A stretch of 64,000 nucleotides of DNA from a virus (lineage: Duplodnaviria; Caudoviricetes). Positions within the stretch are counted from its first letter, which is position 1, and every line of letters starts with the position of its first letter. The position numbers and the translations under genes are program-made. The notes under the pieces were generated by a model, which was given only the letters and a program-made list of their open reading frames with translations, had not been told where the DNA came from and made no database searches. Shown here in pieces: positions 36,952-46,000 of this stretch. The stretch is taken from the IMG/VR virus record IMGVR_UViG_3300032007_000028; one strand, written 5' to 3'.

Positions 36952-36967
36952 GATGTATTATACAACG

Positions 36968-37438
36968 TTATGCGTCTTTCTGCTGACTTTCGAGAATATG
37001 TTGCTTCATCTTTTCGGTATTCTCTTCGGTGGTGATGACGACGTACGGAGTCTTCTTCGCTACCACGAATTGGGAAATCGCTTCGTTGAGTTGCTGATTG
37101 CTCTTAAGTTCTTTCTTGAGGGCGTTCTTATTCAACTCTTCTTTAACTCTGAGAAGGGTGTCGTAGTGAAGGCTCTTGATGAGAGCGATGACGTCTGCAT
37201 CGGAAGTATACGATACGGAATCGCGCTCGAATTTGGTCGCGACCATGCCACCGTAAGAGATTGCGTCGGAACCGTCTTCGACGATGTACTCAAGGGCGTT
37301 CGCTTCGATTTCGTCCATCTGGGCCTGAAGCTCTTTGATTTGTTCGTCGAGTTTCTTCTTCTGTTCTTCGAGAGAAGTCTTTTCTTCTTTAAGGGATTTG
37401 TAGGCGAGTAGTGATTGGTTGAATTCTTGATTTGTCAT
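36968..37438 (-). CDS. Gam/Gp157-like coiled-coil protein
   Basis: N-terminal coiled coil, 'RVKEELNKNALKKEL' motif; sigmaA promoter at 37462-37489. Confidence 0.55.
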   Translation of the reverse strand: MTNQEFNQSLLAYKSLKEEKTSLEEQKKKLDEQIKELQAQMDEIEANALEYIVEDGSDAISYGGMVATKFERDSVSYTSDADVIALIKSLHYDTLLRVKEELNKNALKKELKSNQQLNEAISQFVVAKKTPYVVITTEENTEKMKQHILESQQKDA

Positions 37439-37461
37439 AAGTTTTAATCTCCACACTAAAC

Positions 37462-37489
37462 ATTATAGTGGCTATAGACGATATGTCAA
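37462..37489 (-). promoter_or_regulatory. sigmaA-type promoter TTGACA-16-TATAAT
   Basis: Direct read of minus strand. Confidence 0.7.
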
Positions 37490-37842
37490 GCGTTTTCTTC
37501 AATTAATTTTTCACAGAGGAACCTGAATAGTTTCTCATCGATTACGAAATAGTTCTTCTGGTCTGGACCAAACTCAAACGCAATCGCTGTATTGGACATT
37601 CGCACGGAGAACGCGTCTTCTTTGTTCTTTTCTATCCACGCTTTCTTGATTGAGAACGAATTCTTCTCCGTCATCGGCGTCTTGCATTCGACCAACATGG
37701 ACGCTGATTCTAGAACGACGTCGCCAGCAGAGAAGTCGGCCGCGCCAGAATTCGCCATTCTACGTCCGCCAATCAGTCTCGCAACGTAACTTTCCTGTGC
37801 GGTAGAGAACGTTCTTGTGGCTTCAGGGTTCTTCTTAGGCAT
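37486..37842 (-). CDS. PD-(D/E)xK nuclease / Holliday-junction resolvase-like
   Basis: QE..VA, NSGA...GDV, LVECKT, SFSIKK. Confidence 0.75.
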   Translation of the reverse strand: MPKKNPEATRTFSTAQESYVARLIGGRRMANSGAADFSAGDVVLESASMLVECKTPMTEKNSFSIKKAWIEKNKEDAFSVRMSNTAIAFEFGPDQKNYFVIDEKLFRFLCEKLIEENA

Positions 37843-38179
37843 CCGGACCACCGTCCTTCTTCGGCTTGATTAGATTCTTCAGTTCATCTTCAAGACCGTC
37901 TTTGACAGAAGCCTCCTGCTTTGCGATGAGTTCTCTGTTCGCGACGATACCCAACGCTTCGTTGGGAGTGACCCAAACTGGAATCAACTCACTCAGTTGA
38001 GGGTCCGCTGACGCAAACTCCATCACGAATAGGTTTTTGTCGACGATGGAACGATACGACGTGACCATATAATTGTTTCTGAGAAAGAATGCAGTCTGAT
38101 TGGCAATCTCGACCAACATGTCTTCGAATGTTTCGTAATCACCTCTTTTGAAGATGATTTTGCTAGTCTCTTCTTGCAT
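37835..38179 (-). CDS. Hypothetical protein
   Basis: Start corrected to MQEETS after GAGGAG RBS. Confidence 0.6.
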   Translation of the reverse strand: MQEETSKIIFKRGDYETFEDMLVEIANQTAFFLRNNYMVTSYRSIVDKNLFVMEFASADPQLSELIPVWVTPNEALGIVANRELIAKQEASVKDGLEDELKNLIKPKKDGGPDA

Positions 38180-38180
38180 G

Positions 38181-39353
38181 TTATTTCTCCTCTTCTGCGA
38201 AATCGACTTCGAACGTTTCGGCAACGTTCACATTTAGCATCTTTTCGAACGACACGACGTTCGGGTCGTCTTTCTTGGACAAAGTTTCGTATACTTTATC
38301 ATATAGTTTATGCCACACGTCCAGATGCGTCTCGAAGTACGGCTTCAGATTCTTCTTTCCGCGAATCTTCACGGGAGCGCCATCTGCGTCAAGCATCGGT
38401 TCTCCCGTCTCGGGATTGAGCACGATATACGAACCTGCGGCGGGGTTGTCGATGTAGCCGAAGTACGTCGCGACGTCGATGGTGTCTTGCAGAATGTCGA
38501 CGCCCTTCGTGAAGGAGATGCAAGTTCTGCCCAACTTTCTGTCCCATTTGCACACTTTCGTTTTGAGAACGGCAACTTCCATGATGTAGCCTGCGGGAGA
38601 CTCAGCGTTAGACGACAATTCGTTACCATCTTCGTCGAAGAACTTGCCCTTCTTGACTTTGAGACGAACAGAGCATCCATGCTTCCACCCACGACCACCT
38701 GATGTGACTTCGGCCGGGCCATACGGGTTTAAACCATCGCGCAACTGCTGAATGCCGATTAGAGTGCAATCGTATTTGATGAGAAGACTTGTGATGCGCT
38801 TGACGAAGTCGCCCAACGTATACGCGATACCGCCCATGGACTTCTTGTCGAGGCTCTCGTCATGGACCTGCTGACTGACGAGCATGTTGAGGGAGTCGAT
38901 TACGACCAGACCGACCTCACCAGTTTTGACGATATTGATTACGTCAGTGAGAATGTCTTCAGCAGACTGGTCTTCTGGACGATAGCACAATGTCTTCACA
39001 CGCTCATCGTTCATGTCATAGCCAGCTTTTAAAGCCCAAGAAGGTTCGACACTGCATTCGAGGTCTACGTAAAGAATGCTTCGAGGATTATCTGGGTTCT
39101 TCTTCACTTCCTTCTTCTGATAGGATGCGCAGATAAGAAACGCGAGCGTCGTTTTGCCTGAGCCTTCTGCACCACTCAACTCAATGATTTTGCGTTCTGG
39201 CAGAGAGTTGTACAGACAAAAGTCAAGTCCGGGTGAACCCATCGACAAAGTACCGTATGCCGTTAAATCGTCGACACCGACCGTAATCGCGTTTTTCGTT
39301 TGTTTCTTTTGAATGTTCTTAAGTATTTCAGTAAGCGTAAGTTCGTTAGCCAT
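38181..39353 (-). CDS. recA: RecA/UvsX recombinase
   Basis: GAEGSGKTT, VVIDS, IQQLRD, TSGGRGWKH. Confidence 0.92.
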   Translation of the reverse strand: MANELTLTEILKNIQKKQTKNAITVGVDDLTAYGTLSMGSPGLDFCLYNSLPERKIIELSGAEGSGKTTLAFLICASYQKKEVKKNPDNPRSILYVDLECSVEPSWALKAGYDMNDERVKTLCYRPEDQSAEDILTDVINIVKTGEVGLVVIDSLNMLVSQQVHDESLDKKSMGGIAYTLGDFVKRITSLLIKYDCTLIGIQQLRDGLNPYGPAEVTSGGRGWKHGCSVRLKVKKGKFFDEDGNELSSNAESPAGYIMEVAVLKTKVCKWDRKLGRTCISFTKGVDILQDTIDVATYFGYIDNPAAGSYIVLNPETGEPMLDADGAPVKIRGKKNLKPYFETHLDVWHKLYDKVYETLSKKDDPNVVSFEKMLNVNVAETFEVDFAEEEK

Positions 39354-39354
39354 G

Positions 39355-39780
39355 TCAATCCCCCATTTCGCACACGCATTCACCGACAATGTTCATCTCG
39401 TCGTTTTGCACCGTATAATGCACTTCATTCAGATAACTGCGTATCGTCTGCTCGCCAATCGCGCTCATCGCGGCCAGTATCTCATCCCGTCTGGTTCGCT
39501 TCAGAACCTCGTCGAGACGTTCGTGGTCGGACAGCACTACGTTCCAATCGAGCACGCCACTTTCGTAAGCGATACGCGTATCTTTCATCACATTCATAAC
39601 GTCCTCGTCCAGCCAATATGCCGTCGGTCTGAACTCTTTGCCAAGACGTTTGTACACTTCGTAATCTATCAAGTCGTTCAAACCGAGTTCAAGCTCGACG
39701 TCGATATCGAACGGCTCATCGAGATTCAGCCCACAGTCAAGACAATGTACGGACATTCCCATAGATAGATAGTACGTCAT
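39355..39780 (-). CDS. Hypothetical protein
   Basis: 141 aa coupled ORF. Confidence 0.55.
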   Translation of the reverse strand: MTYYLSMGMSVHCLDCGLNLDEPFDIDVELELGLNDLIDYEVYKRLGKEFRPTAYWLDEDVMNVMKDTRIAYESGVLDWNVVLSDHERLDEVLKRTRRDEILAAMSAIGEQTIRSYLNEVHYTVQNDEMNIVGECVCEMGD

Positions 39781-40331
39781 TGAGATGTAACCCCCATAGA
39801 GATTCTGATTTCTTCCGTTCTGCTGGAAATGATTCGGCGTAAACAGTTCATCATGTCCTGAGCCGAAGCGACTTTGCCTTTCAGCACTTTATACGCGTGG
39901 TCGTAAATCGAAGCGACGACGTTCTCGTACTGAGATTCTATCGCGGCCTTCGCTTGAAGCTCTGATACGGTAATCTTGCTTTTGCCCTTATCGTCTTTGT
40001 CTTTGCTTTCACGTATCGTGCTACGTGCGTATACTTCTTTATACGCAGACGTGGCCATATCCGATTTGATGCCGAGAGTTTCAAGTTTCTCATTCATGAA
40101 GTAAATCATGTTCGACAGTTCAAGATAATATGACTGCAACGTCTCCATTGATGCGTCGTTGTTCTTCACACAAGTAACGAAGATGTCGCTCATCAAGCCG
40201 TCCAATGCTTCGCTATACTCGTGAACGATTTCAGAACACATCTCGTTAAAGTATTTCGTGTTCGACTCAGTCTGCGAAACCACTTCGGAAACGCGGTCTG
40301 TGTCCAGATTGTTAAGAAACGATTCGTTCAT
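39777..40331 (-). CDS. Helical protein, UvsY-like recombination mediator candidate
   Basis: KITVSELQAKA plus C-terminal helix; between RecU and RecA. Confidence 0.45.
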   Translation of the reverse strand: MNESFLNNLDTDRVSEVVSQTESNTKYFNEMCSEIVHEYSEALDGLMSDIFVTCVKNNDASMETLQSYYLELSNMIYFMNEKLETLGIKSDMATSAYKEVYARSTIRESKDKDDKGKSKITVSELQAKAAIESQYENVVASIYDHAYKVLKGKVASAQDMMNCLRRIISSRTEEIRISMGVTSQ

Positions 40332-40801
40332 TTGTCTTCCTCTATGAAATCTATTATATCACGATAGTCCGTATTCATGAACACCCTCTTCTTCGTAGAC
40401 GGCAAATCGAGATATCTGTATCCGTCGAGTTTTCTGACGTTTATGGACTTGCATCCGTCCTTCATCATGTTCGTTATCGTGTCGACGGGGAAATACATCA
40501 CCTTGTCGTGGTCTTGCATCCACAAAACGACACCTGGGTATACGCCCTTCAGAGGCTCATATTGCTTGAGGTCGTCGTACTGTCTCAGCGAAGAGAACGG
40601 AAACGTATTGCCAAGATGCGTCTTCACTTCTACGAGAAACAGTTTTCCAGACACGTATGCGATGTAGTCCGCGGGGTTTCTGGACGAGCCGTAATACCCG
40701 CTTGTGTCATCCTTCAATCTCAGCAAAAAAGAATTAGGGAACGATGTCCCCCAATCCTTTTCGAACTGCTTCTCGAATTTTTTGCCTTTGTTGTCAGCCA
40801 T
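40328..40801 (-). CDS. recU: RecU-like Holliday junction resolvase
   Basis: NKGKKFE, PADY, VEVKT, FPFSSLRQ. Confidence 0.75.
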   Translation of the reverse strand: MADNKGKKFEKQFEKDWGTSFPNSFLLRLKDDTSGYYGSSRNPADYIAYVSGKLFLVEVKTHLGNTFPFSSLRQYDDLKQYEPLKGVYPGVVLWMQDHDKVMYFPVDTITNMMKDGCKSINVRKLDGYRYLDLPSTKKRVFMNTDYRDIIDFIEEDK

Positions 40802-40802
40802 A

Positions 40803-41933
40803 TTACGAAATGACCCTGTTGGATACGACGTTCTTGATTGCGCCATTCGCGACTACCACGACTTGGTCGTCGCCGAAGTTGATGGTCACGAATTGCTCGT
40901 CGCTGTTGTCGAGGATGTTCTTGATGCCAACGACGTTGAGGTTGATTGTGAAGCGAACGTCACCTTCGAGTTCTTTATCGTAATACTGCAACGTCTCGAC
41001 GTTTTCTTTTCGAGCATCATAGATATTGAGTCTGTCGTTGAGGAATTCGAACACGCAGACGCCTTTCGCGATGATGTTCGACGTGGAGAACAGCAACAGA
41101 CGGTCGATTGCGTCGGAGAGTTCTTTCGCACGAATCGGTGCGCTGTACGGGAACGTTTTCGTAGCTTTGCCACGCACTGCGGCCTTAGGCACGGAATTGA
41201 CGATTGCTTCGTCGCTCGTGACGATTGAGTAGATTACGACGCCTTCGTCTTCGAAGCGAACGCGAGTCTGAACCATGCCATTGACCTCAACGTGTCCCAA
41301 CGAGAACTTGATGTCTTCCCCCTTAAGCAATTTGAACAGTTTGACGACTTTCTGATTGAGCAAGACGGTAACTGGAACGGGAAGACTGAACGAGTTGACG
41401 CAAGCGGAAGAGTTTGTCCAAGTGATGCAACCTTCTTGGTCTAAGAAGTACAGCTTTTGAACTGGACGGGAAATGGTGCCGTTGTTGAACTCAGGCCCGT
41501 TGAAGTTGAGCATACTGACAAGTTTGTCACGCTGAATGGTCATATCGACCGTACTTTCATCAAAGTCGAGTTTGGGCAAGACGACCATTTCCGATTCGAG
41601 ATACTTCATCGGGAACTTGTACACACCGTTGGCTTGCACTTCGAGAGACGTTCCGTTGATACGCAATTCCATTTCGGCTGTGGTGATTTTGCTGACCAGC
41701 GTCAAGAACACCTTGGCGTCGACGACAGCGCGGAAACTTTCGTCTTCGGGTGCGTCGAGAACGACGCTCACATAATACTCTCCGTTCGTGACGTTGAGAT
41801 GAATCTTGCCTTCGTGGGCATCGACTTCGAGGGTATCGTAGCCGTAAATCACGTTCTTGATTGCGGAGTCGGTATCGACAGCACCAAGAATCTTCTTACA
41901 AGCTTCCTGAAATTCTTCTGTTTTGATAATCAT
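40803..41933 (-). CDS. dnaN: DNA sliding clamp (bacterial beta type)
   Basis: 376 aa three-domain beta-clamp pattern (VTNGE..., KELSDAIDRL, INLNV..IKNIL); clamp loader nearby. Confidence 0.75.
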   Translation of the reverse strand: MIIKTEEFQEACKKILGAVDTDSAIKNVIYGYDTLEVDAHEGKIHLNVTNGEYYVSVVLDAPEDESFRAVVDAKVFLTLVSKITTAEMELRINGTSLEVQANGVYKFPMKYLESEMVVLPKLDFDESTVDMTIQRDKLVSMLNFNGPEFNNGTISRPVQKLYFLDQEGCITWTNSSACVNSFSLPVPVTVLLNQKVVKLFKLLKGEDIKFSLGHVEVNGMVQTRVRFEDEGVVIYSIVTSDEAIVNSVPKAAVRGKATKTFPYSAPIRAKELSDAIDRLLLFSTSNIIAKGVCVFEFLNDRLNIYDARKENVETLQYYDKELEGDVRFTINLNVVGIKNILDNSDEQFVTINFGDDQVVVVANGAIKNVVSNRVIS

Positions 41934-41959
41934 AACATTTCTCCTGTGATTTAATGATT

Positions 41960-42178
41960 TTATTTTTGTTCTTCGAATTCCAACGGCGTCGTCAAATCGA
42001 CCAAATCGTTTGTTTCCTTGACGATTTTACCCAAATAGAAATTCGTACCGTCTGTATGCTCGACGTATAGTTTACCGTCATTCACGTAATAGCACTCCAC
42101 GTGTGGCAACAACAACGTCGTATCGATTACCTTACCATTGAGGACCTCGATGTATCTCTTAAGCGAATATCTCAACAT
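41960..42178 (-). CDS. Hypothetical protein
   Basis: 72 aa ORF. Confidence 0.5.
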   Translation of the reverse strand: MLRYSLKRYIEVLNGKVIDTTLLLPHVECYYVNDGKLYVEHTDGTNFYLGKIVKETNDLVDLTTPLEFEEQK

Positions 42179-42180
42179 GT

Positions 42181-42627
42181 TTACTTACCCCCATCTTCGT
42201 GAATCTCGCCACGAATCCTTTCTTTAAGATACGAACTGCTGTATTTGTGATTTCTCGATAGATACACGATTTCCTTTCCCATGTTGAGGAGAAGTTGTTT
42301 GTTCTCGAAATCCTGACCTTTGTGGTCCTCTCCGAGAAAGTAAACATCGAAATACGTGCTCTGCAACATATCGCCAGCGTCAGCGCAATCCTCGTACGGG
42401 ATTACTTCGTCGACGCCCTTGATGTTCTTTAATTGAATGAATCTCTCGTAAATCGTCTGTATTGGGTTTTTGTAATTCGGGCAACAATGGAGCGCAACGA
42501 TTAGATAATCGCATTTCGATTTCGCTTCCTGTATCGCCAGTATGTGACCAGCGTGTATGACATCGGCCACCATCGGGTATATGCCTATCTTCTTTTTTCG
42601 TGTTTTGTCTGTCATCGCATCATTCAC
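42181..42627 (-). CDS. Cytidylyltransferase (TagD/glycerol-3-phosphate CTase-like)
   Basis: DVIHAGH (HxGH), ER..QL..IK.VDEVIPY, R...YSSS. Confidence 0.85.
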   Translation of the reverse strand: MNDAMTDKTRKKKIGIYPMVADVIHAGHILAIQEAKSKCDYLIVALHCCPNYKNPIQTIYERFIQLKNIKGVDEVIPYEDCADAGDMLQSTYFDVYFLGEDHKGQDFENKQLLLNMGKEIVYLSRNHKYSSSYLKERIRGEIHEDGGK

Positions 42628-42659
42628 CTCGTCGCGTATGTCTTATACATATTATATAA

Positions 42660-43511
42660 TCAACGTCTGAATCTGTCGCTGATTATTTTCGGTACGGCGG
42701 TTTCCCAATCGATGAGGTGGTGTATTCTCTTATGCGTCGACCCCATTTCTGAAATTTTGACGCAACTTGGACATAGCATTACGCTATAGAACGATTTGAC
42801 GTATGTGCCATATTGCAGATAAGCGGCCGTTATACCGCCCTCGTTCGCCTGTGTCTGAGGCTGGTCGAGACACATATCCCTCGTCGTGAAGAACAAATAC
42901 CCTCTCTTACCATAATCGATGTATGCGTTCACGTCGTCGTTGAATCTACCGAGGAATTGAAAGGGTCTGTCGACTCTGCAGAAAAACGAATTCATCGCCT
43001 TTCTCGTTATCTGTTGTCTCCAAACTGTACTTCCCAAACCACCGAGAAAATCGCCAGTCTGGGCGAATGCGACGCACATCGCGCCACTGGAATCGAGAAA
43101 TTCAAGATAAGGCCCAATCAATTCATCGAATTGCGTGACATATCTCGTCTTCATGGAGCTGTTTTCCTCGAATCTTTGTCTAAAACACATATAGTCGTCT
43201 TCCAATTCAAGAAAATACTGAAGACCAAGTTTACTAGCTATACGATGAAATACGTTTCTCGCAAAAGTTGGCACACCACGACCGTCGAAATTGTCCATGA
43301 TATCGAACGTCTTCCCAGCTTCGACTTTATCGAATACGATAATATGCTCTGCACCGAAATTCTCGACGTATTTAGGGGCCTGTTCGTCTTCGTTGTCTAT
43401 CACTATATACCATTTACCCGAATAATTTACTTTCTTCAACGTGTCAACGGTACGTACATTGTCTGCGCGACCATGTGACAGAATCAATATAGCGAAATCG
43501 TCTCTTACCAT
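42660..43511 (-). CDS. GT-A glycosyltransferase (TET-associated/GREB1-like type)
   Basis: ILSHGRA, ARN, LEDDY, RKAMNSFF, NDDV, QTQANEGG, YVKSFYSV. Confidence 0.75.
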   Translation of the reverse strand: MVRDDFAILILSHGRADNVRTVDTLKKVNYSGKWYIVIDNEDEQAPKYVENFGAEHIIVFDKVEAGKTFDIMDNFDGRGVPTFARNVFHRIASKLGLQYFLELEDDYMCFRQRFEENSSMKTRYVTQFDELIGPYLEFLDSSGAMCVAFAQTGDFLGGLGSTVWRQQITRKAMNSFFCRVDRPFQFLGRFNDDVNAYIDYGKRGYLFFTTRDMCLDQPQTQANEGGITAAYLQYGTYVKSFYSVMLCPSCVKISEMGSTHKRIHHLIDWETAVPKIISDRFRR

Positions 43512-43513
43512 GA

Positions 43514-44374
43514 TTATCTCCTGAATTTATCGCTTACTATCTTTTGAAATTGGTTGTCCAGTTTCATTGATGGCCACCAATTACCGACGCGTTTGCCGAC
43601 TTGCTTTGTGGAACACGACGATGGGAACAGCATCGTCGAATAGAAACTTCTCGTGAATTGTTTCGTCATCGCATACGCCTCTCCCATACCATTCGATTTC
43701 GTAGTGCTTGATTGCGAGCCCTGTGGTTCTGCGTGAATCTGTATATAGGGTATCGTGAACACCAATCTACCAATTTGACCATTCGACAGACAGGTGTTGA
43801 AGTCGTCATAGAATATCGTTTTCCACCTCAGTCTTCTTTCGCTGTTGAGAAGAAATATATTCGAACCGACCCTCTTATCTATCACCTTGTCGAACGATTG
43901 GACACCTCCGATGAACATTCCCGGATGGGCAAACGATAGCCCGTATATGTCGTTTTCGTTCATGAATTCGAATAAATACGACAGTACATCATTGAATCGT
44001 CTCATGCTCATGGACCTCAATGAGCCATTATCTGGCATCCTAACCCTGAGGTCGATTATGTCGTCGTCGAGTACGATATAATCTCCAATTGCGAATCTAC
44101 TTGCGTATTCGTCGACCACGACTCTCGCGTAAAACGGGGACGCCTTGATTAAGCCATCTTTTGACATGGCCGTATCCTCGACGAACAACCACTGATTTTT
44201 ATCGAATACCAATAAATTTTCAGCACCGTACTTCGCAACGTAGTCGTCAAGGCATACGTCGTCGACGTCTATCACGATTTTGTACTCACCGTCGTAGCCA
44301 AGTCGTTTCAGCATATCCAACGTCGGGCACTCGTTTGGTCTATTATGAGACAGTATAAACGAAATCATCGTCAA
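43514..44374 (-). CDS. GT-A glycosyltransferase paralogue
   Basis: ILSHNRP, YAR, LDDDI, YDDF, NGMGEAY, RSFYS. Confidence 0.7.
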   Translation of the reverse strand: MTMISFILSHNRPNECPTLDMLKRLGYDGEYKIVIDVDDVCLDDYVAKYGAENLLVFDKNQWLFVEDTAMSKDGLIKASPFYARVVVDEYASRFAIGDYIVLDDDIIDLRVRMPDNGSLRSMSMRRFNDVLSYLFEFMNENDIYGLSFAHPGMFIGGVQSFDKVIDKRVGSNIFLLNSERRLRWKTIFYDDFNTCLSNGQIGRLVFTIPYIQIHAEPQGSQSSTTKSNGMGEAYAMTKQFTRSFYSTMLFPSSCSTKQVGKRVGNWWPSMKLDNQFQKIVSDKFRR

Positions 44375-44778
44375 TCGTTAGCGGCCTCGACGCCGGTGTC
44401 TTCCATTATCTTCTTTATGTTCTTGCTTAATTTGACATACCCATTTGCGATTGCGTCGTCGATGTCGATGATGACGAGTGCGCTTTTCTCCATGAGTCTC
44501 TGCATCTCACTGCTTGCATGTGCGTAATAGTCTGCGATGAGTGAATAGGTGAACACCAAGTGCCTCGTTGCGGCCAATCTGAGAAATGCCTTCTCATCGT
44601 CGGAAACTGAAGACGCGTTGATATCGGCCAACAACTCCTGATATTTACCGACATTGACAAGAGAGTCCAATCTAGGACACTCGGCCTTTGGCAAATACTG
44701 AGGTACTCCGACCTTCGTCGTGTATTTCTTATCTTCTTCAGTCTCTTCGATTCCAAATAAATTTATTTCAGTTCTCAT
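44371..44778 (-). CDS. Small protein coupled to glycosyltransferases
   Basis: YTTKV..PQYLP, FLRLAATRH..F.Y..IADYYAH; first gene of cassette. Confidence 0.65.
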   Translation of the reverse strand: MRTEINLFGIEETEEDKKYTTKVGVPQYLPKAECPRLDSLVNVGKYQELLADINASSVSDDEKAFLRLAATRHLVFTYSLIADYYAHASSEMQRLMEKSALVIIDIDDAIANGYVKLSKNIKKIMEDTGVEAAND

Positions 44779-44824
44779 GGTGTTCCTTTCACTCCAATAT
44801 TTATGATATGATTCTATTATACAC

Positions 44825-45922
44825 TCAGTTATTAAGACATTGCAATATGAACTCCCTCGTCGACTCGATGTGCTCTTCGCAAATCTTATCGATGGCCTGT
44901 TCTTCAGTCATGCCTTTGCCCATGAACGCTTTCTTGTCCGTCTGCAATTCGTTACAGTATACATTGTAGTACCAACGTTCGGATACATCGGCGTCGCATT
45001 TGAACGGAACGACGCAGTGTTCAGCAATACAAGTGGACATTACGTAAGACAATCTCTTTGCGACCTCGTCTGCGTTCTCTTTTGGGCATTCGCCAATCAA
45101 TTCGTCGTGAACACCTATCAACATTCTGAATCCAAGACGATTCAGTTCTTCGTCGTTGTGAATCTTAATCATGGCGACTTTCGTCATCGTGGCCGCACCG
45201 CCTTGAATGCGAGCGTTTACGCACTGACGTTCGGAACGAGATATGAGATTGCTGTTCGAATGAATGGAGATGCCATCTTCCTTCGCGTCGTTTATCACAT
45301 TGACGACAGACCTTCTGTCCTTCGCTTTATGCAACTTTTCAAGAAGCGCACTCTCGACTTTCGGGTCTATCGAACGATAAGAGCATCCGATGATTGGATT
45401 AAACGTCGATGCGTTGTCGTTCATATACTTTATAGAGTATTCGGGAAGAAGCAAATCAGGCAATCTACGACGACGACCATACCAGTCTTCGACGTAGCCA
45501 GTTTTACGAGCACTGGACATCGTATCGTCCGTCCACTTTCTCACCTTGGGAAATCCGTTATAGAATCCGTCGATGATGCTTTGTGCTTCCTTCTGGTCGC
45601 ATTCCAGTCTCTGAGCGATGCCTTGAACCGACATCCCATAGATAATTCCAAGTAGAAGACCCTTTACGGAAGACCTTCTCTTTGCGCCAGCTTCGCTTCG
45701 TTTCCCTGTCTTGGGATTGAACTCAAGATTATCCTCGTAATTATTGTGATATACACGAGACGCAATCGTTGCATAAAGGTCTTTTCCCTGTTTGTATGCA
45801 TCAATCATCGCCTCGTCTTTCGCGTAATTGGCTAATAGTCTAGGTTCCTGTTGCGGCTTCTCTTACGAGAAGTCGCTACCGACAAGAACGTAAGGCGTTC
45901 TTACAGTAATCGACTTCTTCAT
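44825..45922 (-). CDS. polA: DNA polymerase A C-terminal (catalytic) fragment, interrupted by a 12-nt TAA-containing insert at 45854-45865
   Basis: AGAAAGGAGG RBS then MKKSITVRTPYVLVGSDFS*EKPQQEPRLLA in one frame; motif B KGLLLGIIYG, NARIQG, motif C VHDEL. Confidence 0.85.
45853..45876 (-). other. Stop-codon hairpin in polA motif A (candidate recoding/bypass element)
   Basis: GCG-A-CTTCTC-GTAA-GAGAAG-C-CGC; GNRA tetraloop contains the TAA. Confidence 0.75.
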
Positions 45923-46000
45923 AAATCTGCCCTCCTTTCTTTGCGATGCGAACATGTGCATCGTCTTGTAGAAGTATACATTATTATACTACTTGTTGCA

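Noticed and set aside
44825-45808. ORF-track start MIDAYK for the polymerase C-fragment
   Set aside because: Weak RBS, and it omits motif A, which is encoded in frame upstream
45863-45865. Genome-wide stop-codon reassignment as explanation for the polA TAA
   Set aside because: TAA, TAG and TGA all terminate intact genes here, no suppressor tRNA was seen, and readthrough would still leave a 4-residue insertion in motif A
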